The translations under genes and the position numbers were made by a program. A stretch of DNA of 4,074 nt from a virus (Duplodnaviria; Heunggongvirae; Uroviricota; Caudoviricetes). The notes under the pieces are model-generated. The model did not search any database, was not told where the DNA came from, and saw nothing but the letters and a program-made list of their open reading frames with translations. The stretch is from the IMG/VR virus record IMGVR_UViG_2671181136_000008. One strand, written 5' to 3'. Positions 1 through 4,074 of this stretch are shown piece by piece (position 1 is the first letter of the stretch; each line of letters opens with the position of its first letter).

Positions 1-58
1 CGCGCGGTCAAAAAAATGCTAAAAAATATCTGAGAGAGTTATTGCCTGTTACCATAAG

Positions 59-85
59 AAAAAGCGACTTTAGTGGTCGCTTTTT
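59..85. terminator. Putative bidirectional rho-independent terminator: 10-bp perfect stem AAAAAGCGAC / GTCGCTTTTT with loop TTTAGTG
   Basis: Seen in sequence: stem 59..68 pairs with 76..85 around a 7-nt loop, with an A-run on one side and a T-run on the other, so it can terminate in either direction. It lies just 3' of the minus-strand gene 104..328. Confidence 0.5.
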
Positions 86-103
86 GTGTCATATATAAGT
101 CGT

Positions 104-328
104 TTAAGTAAACCTGTCTGAACAGGTGCTCTGGTCGTGTTTGTCTTTGTTGGGTACAAATTGAGAATATTTTTCATTAATTAATCTTCTTCTGCAGGCT
201 TCAATAACCCACGCTGAAAAATTACCTGAACCTTTCAGGTCAAGAGCGATGTTAATTTGTTCAATTATCTGGTTTGGAAATCGGATGTTGCGGGTTGTTG
301 TTCTGCGGGTTCTGTTCTTTGATGACAT
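104..328 (-). CDS. Small prophage protein, YlcI/YnfO-like (DUF3950-type), function unknown
   Basis: 74-aa ORF with ATG at 328..326. The N-terminal motif MSSKNRTRRTTTRNIRFPNQIIEQINIALDLKGSGNFSAWVIEACRRRL matches my recollection of the small YlcI/YnfO proteins that sit next to Nu1 homologs in E. coli lambdoid prophages (DLP12, Qin). Recalled, not searched. A hairpin terminator lies downstream. Confidence 0.6.
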   Translation of the reverse strand: MSSKNRTRRTTTRNIRFPNQIIEQINIALDLKGSGNFSAWVIEACRRRLINEKYSQFVPNKDKHDQSTCSDRFT

Positions 329-329
329 A

Positions 330-535
330 ATGTTGCCCCGTATTCAGTGTTGCTGATTTGTATTATCTGAAGTTGCTTTTACGCTAATTTGATGCAGATC
401 AATTAATACGATACCTGCGTAATAATTGATTATTTCTCGTGGTTTGATGGCGTACACACATGTCGTGATAAACCTCATGTAGATGATAATTATTATCATT
501 TTCGTGGGTCCTTTCCGGCGATCCGACAGGTTACG
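330..535 (+). other. cosQ-like region, the phage genome right-end sequence immediately upstream of cosN
   Basis: AT-rich non-coding stretch ending in ...TCCTTTCCGGCGATCCGACAGGTTACG directly before the cohesive-end 12-mer. As I recall it, this closely resembles the last ~200 bp of the lambda genome, with scattered substitutions. Confidence 0.6.
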
Positions 536-547
536 GGGCGGCGACCT
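536..547 (+). other. cosN: 12-nt cohesive-end sequence GGGCGGCGACCT, the terminase nicking site
   Basis: Exact match to the lambda 12-nt cohesive end, flanked on both sides by lambda-like sequence (..CAGGTTACG | GGGCGGCGACCT | CGCGGGTTTTCGCTATTTATGAAAATTTTCCGG). It sits about 185 bp upstream of the terminase small-subunit start, as in lambda. Confidence 0.85.
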
Positions 548-700
548 CGCGGGTTTTCGCTATTTATGAAAATTTTCCGGGATCCATGTCCGGTTTCTCT
601 TCAAGTTAACTATATGAAAAATATAAAAACAGGTCTTCTGTGAACCGGACATGAACAAAAAACAGACATGTAAACCGGACATGACCGGTTTTGTTGTGAT
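548..700 (+). promoter_or_regulatory. cosB-like terminase small-subunit binding region: three copies of a CCGGACATG motif (one inverted, two direct) separated by an A/T-rich putative bending segment
   Basis: Seen in sequence: CATGTCCGG at 585..593 (inverted), CCGGACATG at 645..653 and again at 675..683 (direct, 30 bp apart). An extended AACCGGACATGA core is shared by the two direct copies. A/T-rich segment 597..642 lies between the inverted copy and the direct copies. The layout parallels lambda R3-I1-R2-R1, but the repeat sequence is not lambda's. Confidence 0.5.
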
Positions 701-730
701 TGTGAGGTGAGAGTTTTTGCGAGGTGAGGA

Positions 731-1240
731 GTGGCTACGCAGACTGAAGTTGCCAGGCATTTAAGTCTGACCGATCGCCAGCTTCGCAGATTGCAGAAAT
801 TGCCGGGTGCCCCGATATCGAATAAGCGAGGGCAACTGGATCTGGATGCCTGGCGCGATTTTTACATATCGTATCTGAGGAGAAGTAAAAACGATGTGCC
901 TGATGGCGATAGCGAAGACGACTATGAGGAGAAATTGCTTATTGCCAGATGGGAACTGACAGCAGAACAGGCTGTTACACAGCAGTTAAAAAATGAGGTG
1001 TCAAAAGGAAAACTTATTGACACCGGGTTCTGTATTTTTGCCCTCAGTAAGCTGGCAATGGCGTTATCCAGTACGCTTGATTCCATCCCTTTATCCATGC
1101 AGCGACAGTTTCCTGATTTAACACCGCGCCATCTTGACCATCTGAAAACCCTTATTGCGAAGGGGGCAAATCAGTGTGCGCGGGCAGGGGATAAATTACC
1201 GGATTTACTCGATGAATATATCAGAGCAACAACTGAATAA
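731..1240 (+). CDS. nu1: Terminase small subunit (Nu1-like) with a divergent N-terminal DNA-binding domain
   Basis: 169-aa ORF with a GTG start at 731, preceded by the purine-rich GAGGTGAGGAG. The C-terminal half (..TGFCIFALSKLAMALSSTLDSIPLSMQRQFPDLTPRHLDHLK..LPDLLDEYI) resembles lambda gpNu1 (..TAFCTFVLSRIAGEIASILDGLPLSVQRRFPELENRHVDFLK..IPGLLSEYI). The N-terminal ~60 aa are unlike lambda. The 3' end overlaps the large-subunit start by 29 nt, as in lambda. Confidence 0.85.
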   Translation: MATQTEVARHLSLTDRQLRRLQKLPGAPISNKRGQLDLDAWRDFYISYLRRSKNDVPDGDSEDDYEEKLLIARWELTAEQAVTQQLKNEVSKGKLIDTGFCIFALSKLAMALSSTLDSIPLSMQRQFPDLTPRHLDHLKTLIAKGANQCARAGDKLPDLLDEYIRATTE

Positions 1241-3140
1241 TATGATGGCTGCCGTTTCGGTTGCGCTGCAGCCTCTGGTCAGGGTTGTACCAATGACGGC
1301 AGTTGAATGGGCTGATCAAAATTATTATCTGCCTAAAGAATCTTCATATGGTGAGGGAGAATGGAAAACGCTGCCATTCCAGATCGCCATTATGAACTGT
1401 ATGGGTAACGACCAGGTTCGCACGGTTAACCTGATTAAATCTGCCCGTGTTGGCTATACAAAGATGTTGCTGGGGGTGGTCGGGTATTTTATTGAGCATA
1501 AATCCCGAAACAGTCTGCTTTTTCAGCCCACGGATTCTGCCGCTGAAGATTTTATGAAGTCTCACGTGGAGGCGACGATTCGGAACGTGCCATGCCTGAA
1601 AGACCTTTCCCCATGGCTGGGTCGTAAACATCGTGACAATACTCTCACGCTGAAACGCTTTTCATCGGGCGTCGGTTTCTGGTGCCTGGGCGGTGCAGCC
1701 GCCAAAAACTACCGTGAAAAATCCGTGGACGTGGTCTGCTATGACGAGCTTTCCTCGTTCGAGCCGGATGTCGAAAAAGAGGGCTCGCCAACCCTGCTGG
1801 GGGATAAGCGTATTGAGGGCTCTGTATGGCCAAAATCCATTCGCGGCTCGACGCCTAAAATCAAAGGTACCTGCCAGATCGAAAAAGCGGCCAACGAGTC
1901 GGCGCATTTCATGCGTTTCTATGTGCCCTGCCCGCACTGTGGGGAGGCGCAGTATCTGAAATTTGGCGATGAATCCACGCCTTTTGGCCTTAAATGGGAG
2001 AAGGACAGCCCCGAAAGCGTTTTCTACCTCTGTGAACATCATGGCTGCGTGATCCATCAGTCTGAGCTTGACCAGAGTAACGGGCGGTGGATCTGTGAAA
2101 ACACGGGTATGTGGACCCGTGACGGCCTGATGTTTTTCAGCGCCCGGGGGGATGAAATTCCGCCGCCGCGCTCCATCACGTTCCATATCTGGACGGCGTA
2201 CAGTCCGTTCACCACCTGGATACAGATAGTCTATGACTGGCTGGATGCACTGAAAGATCCCAACGGCCTGAAAACCTTTGTGAACACCACGCTGGGCGAG
2301 ACCTGGGAAGAGGCCGTGGGCGAAAAACTCGATCACCAGGTACTGATGGATAAGGTTGTGCGTTACACGGCGGCGGTGCCTGCCCGGGTGGTTTATCTGA
2401 CGGCGGGCATTGACTCGCAGCGAAACCGTTTTGAGATGTATGTCTGGGGATGGGCACCGGGAGAGGAAGCCTTTCTGGTGGATAAAATCATCATTATGGG
2501 CCGTCCCGATGAGGAAGAGACGCTGTTACGTGTGGATGCGGCGATCAACAAAAAATACTGCCATGCAGACGGAACCGAAATGACCATTTCCCGTGTCTGC
2601 TGGGACACCGGGGGGATCGATGGCGAAATTGTCTATCAGAGGTCAAAAAAACACGGTGTTTTCCGGGTGCTGCCGGTAAAAGGTGCATCTGTTTATGGCA
2701 AGCCGGTGATCACCATGCCAAAAACCCGCAATCAGTGGGGCGTGTATCTGTGCGAAGTGGGGACGGACACCGCAAAAGAAATTCTCTATGCCCGTATGAA
2801 AGCCGATCCCACGCCTGCGGATGAAGCCACGTCGTATGCCATCCGTTTTCCTGATGATCCGGAGATTTTTTCGCAGACAGAGGCGCAGCAACTGGTGGCG
2901 GAAGAGCTTGTGGAGAAGTGGGAAAAAGGAAAGATGCGTCTGCTGTGGGATAACAAAAAGCGGCGTAACGAAGCGCTGGACTGCCTGGTGTATGCCTACG
3001 CGGCATTACGTGTGTCCGTGCAACGCTGGCAGCTTGATCTGGCTGTACTGGCAAAATCCCGGGAAGAAGAGACGACCCGGCCAACCCTGAAAGAACTGGC
3101 AGCGAAGCTGTCCGGAGGAGTGAATGGTTACAGTCGCTGA
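1212..3140 (+). CDS. A: Terminase large subunit (lambda gpA-like: packaging ATPase and cos endonuclease)
   Basis: 642-aa protein starting at the ATG at 1212 (MNISEQQLNN..), matching the lambda gpA N-terminus MNISNSQVN. The 1155 start in the ORF track is an upstream in-frame extension. Collinear similarity to lambda gpA runs the full length, for example TAVEWADQNYYLPKES, KSARVGYTKM (P-loop-like), GSVWPKSIRGSTPK, FVNTTLGETWEE, YLTAGIDSQ, ICWDTGGID, KKRRNEALDC. Confidence 0.95.
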   Translation: MNISEQQLNNMMAAVSVALQPLVRVVPMTAVEWADQNYYLPKESSYGEGEWKTLPFQIAIMNCMGNDQVRTVNLIKSARVGYTKMLLGVVGYFIEHKSRNSLLFQPTDSAAEDFMKSHVEATIRNVPCLKDLSPWLGRKHRDNTLTLKRFSSGVGFWCLGGAAAKNYREKSVDVVCYDELSSFEPDVEKEGSPTLLGDKRIEGSVWPKSIRGSTPKIKGTCQIEKAANESAHFMRFYVPCPHCGEAQYLKFGDESTPFGLKWEKDSPESVFYLCEHHGCVIHQSELDQSNGRWICENTGMWTRDGLMFFSARGDEIPPPRSITFHIWTAYSPFTTWIQIVYDWLDALKDPNGLKTFVNTTLGETWEEAVGEKLDHQVLMDKVVRYTAAVPARVVYLTAGIDSQRNRFEMYVWGWAPGEEAFLVDKIIIMGRPDEEETLLRVDAAINKKYCHADGTEMTISRVCWDTGGIDGEIVYQRSKKHGVFRVLPVKGASVYGKPVITMPKTRNQWGVYLCEVGTDTAKEILYARMKADPTPADEATSYAIRFPDDPEIFSQTEAQQLVAEELVEKWEKGKMRLLWDNKKRRNEALDCLVYAYAALRVSVQRWQLDLAVLAKSREEETTRPTLKELAAKLSGGVNGYSR

Positions 3141-3330
3141 ACTGCAGGCGCTGCGTCAGGCGCGCCTTGATTTATTAACCGGTAAACGGGTGGTGTCTGT
3201 CCAGAAAGATGGTCGCAGAATTGAATATACGGCAGCTTCTCTGGATGAGCTTAACCGGGCGATCAATGATGCGGAGTCGGTACTGGGGACAACCCGCCGT
3301 CGCCGTCGTCCGCTGGGAGTGAGGTTATGA
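3124..3330 (+). CDS. W: Head-tail joining / head completion protein (lambda gpW-like)
   Basis: 68 aa, the same length as lambda gpW, with clear similarity (LTGKRVVSVQKDGRRIEYTAAS here, versus [22 protein letters not shown] in lambda) and an Arg-rich C-terminus. GGAGGA Shine-Dalgarno at 3114..3119. Overlaps the end of A by 17 nt. The stop TGA overlaps the next gene's ATG (ATGA at 3327..3330). Confidence 0.9.
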   Translation: MVTVAELQALRQARLDLLTGKRVVSVQKDGRRIEYTAASLDELNRAINDAESVLGTTRRRRRPLGVRL

Positions 3331-3959
3331 AACGAACGCCTGTCCTGATTGATGTGAACGGCGTTCCGCTTCGGGAGAGCCTCAGCTACAACGGTGGCGG
3401 TGCAGGATTTGGCGGGCAAATGGCAGAGTGGTTGCCACCGGCGCAGAGTGCCGATGCGGCCCTGCTGCCCGCGTTGCGTCTGGGGAATGCCCGTGCAGAT
3501 GATCTGGTGCGCAATAACGGAATAGCGGCCAATGCGGTGGCCCTGCATAAGGATCATATTGTCGGGCATATGTTTCTGATCAGCTACCGTCCGAACTGGC
3601 GCTGGCTGGGGATGCGGGAGACCGCGGCAAAAAGTTTTGTCGATGAGGTGGAGGCGGCCTGGTCAGAATACGCAGAAGGGATGTCTGGCGAGATCGACGT
3701 GGAAGGAAAACGCACGTTCACGGAATTTATCCGTGAAGGTGTGGGCGTTCATGCGTTTAACGGCGAAATCTTTGTGCAGCCGGTCTGGGATACGGAAACC
3801 ACGCAGTTATTCCGTACGCGTTTTAAAGCCGTGAGTCCGAAACGGGTGGACACGCCAGGACACGGTATGGGGAACCGTTTTCTGCGGGCCGGGGTGGAGG
3901 TCGATCGATATGGCCGTGCCGTTGCGTACCATATCTGTGAGGATGATTTTCCTCGGTAA
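3327..3959 (+). CDS. B: Portal protein (lambda gpB-like), N-terminal ~210 aa only; truncated relative to full-length ~530-aa portals
   Basis: Strong similarity to the lambda gpB N-terminus (GGGAGFGGQ, LLPALRLGNARADDLVRNNGIAANAVALHKDHIVGH, KRTFTEFIREGVGVHAFNGEIFVQPVWDT, LFRTRFKAVSPKR). The frame ends at TAA 3957..3959 where lambda continues (..EDGYPGWMPQKW..). No portal-like translation continues in any frame over 3960..4074. Confidence 0.8.
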   Translation: MKRTPVLIDVNGVPLRESLSYNGGGAGFGGQMAEWLPPAQSADAALLPALRLGNARADDLVRNNGIAANAVALHKDHIVGHMFLISYRPNWRWLGMRETAAKSFVDEVEAAWSEYAEGMSGEIDVEGKRTFTEFIREGVGVHAFNGEIFVQPVWDTETTQLFRTRFKAVSPKRVDTPGHGMGNRFLRAGVEVDRYGRAVAYHICEDDFPR

Positions 3960-4074
3960 CCGGCTCATTTAAACCGTCTGGTCTGTTTCCTCCGGCTCTA
4001 CAAAAATAATGTCCATCATTTTTAATGGACACTATCGTATGAAACACCGGACCTGGATCACTGAAGCTTTACGT

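Noticed and set aside
113-126. Small inverted repeat CCTGT-CTGA-ACAGG near the 3' end of the YlcI-like gene
   Set aside because: It has a 5-bp stem only, lies inside the coding sequence, and has no adjacent T-run. The stronger hairpin at 59..85 is the better terminator candidate.
560-760. Minus-strand 66-aa ORF spanning the cosB region and the Nu1 start
   Set aside because: It overlaps the cos regulatory repeats and the ribosome-binding site and start of the small-subunit gene. It is more plausibly a chance frame in a non-coding region.
1344-3084. Several minus-strand ORFs inside the terminase large-subunit gene (1344..1631, 1645..1833, 1662..2336 at 224 aa, 2209..2457, 2393..2608, 2643..2891, 2710..3084)
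   Set aside because: They lie entirely antisense to a strongly supported, conserved CDS. Their translations are low-complexity and Arg/Pro-rich, typical of spurious antisense frames in GC-rich coding DNA, with no recognisable domain and no convincing start context.
1693-3090. Plus-strand alternative-frame ORFs 1693..1959 (88 aa) and 2821..3090 (89 aa) within gene A
   Set aside because: They are out-of-frame overlaps of the terminase CDS with Arg-rich, low-complexity translations. Nothing supports embedded genes.
3156-4047. ORFs 3156..3569 (minus, 137 aa), 3637..3834 (plus, 65 aa) and 3823..4047 (minus, 74 aa) overlapping W and the portal gene
   Set aside because: They are antisense or out-of-frame relative to well-supported W and portal coding sequence, with no conserved motifs. 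The 3823..4047 frame would need a non-ATG start and overlaps the portal 3' end.
580-4069. Engineered cosmid or lambda-vector origin, suggested by a BamHI site (GGATCC, 580..585) exactly where lambda identity ends and a HindIII site (4064..4069) near the window end
   Set aside because: The downstream genes are diverged from lambda throughout rather than identical, and the cosB repeats form a coherent natural architecture. The restriction sites are most likely coincidental.
3957-4074. Possible insertion-sequence terminus right after the portal truncation
   Set aside because: I compared the sequence from memory with the ends of common E. coli IS elements (IS1, IS2, IS3, IS5, IS30, IS911, IS629) and found no match, and no transposase start is recognisable. 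It remains possible but unsupported; see the truncation finding.
1-4074. Defence system, toxin-antitoxin pair, CRISPR array, or tRNA/att site
   Set aside because: No direct-repeat and spacer array, no tRNA-like structure, and no ORF with recognisable defence or toxin motifs. All substantial coding capacity is accounted for by the packaging genes.

Overview
This window is the DNA-packaging module of a lambda-like (lambdoid) phage or prophage; I do not see a convincing novel system in it. Reading left to right: a bidirectional hairpin terminator (59..85), a small minus-strand gene for a YlcI/YnfO-like protein (104..328), a complete cos site (cosQ-like sequence, a cosN 12-mer identical to lambda at 536..547, and a cosB-like region with three copies of a CCGGACATG motif), then the terminase small subunit (731..1240), terminase large subunit (1212..3140), gpW-like head-tail joining protein (3124..3330) and the N-terminal ~210 aa of a portal protein (3327..3959). 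The portal reading frame stops early and similarity is lost in all frames afterwards, so the right edge looks like a deletion or insertion junction. No tRNA, rRNA, CRISPR array or recognisable transposase is present. Protein and DNA identifications rest on recalled similarity to phage lambda, not on a database search. The most interesting points are the mosaic cos site with a matching divergent small-subunit N-terminus, and the truncated portal next to an apparently intact terminase.
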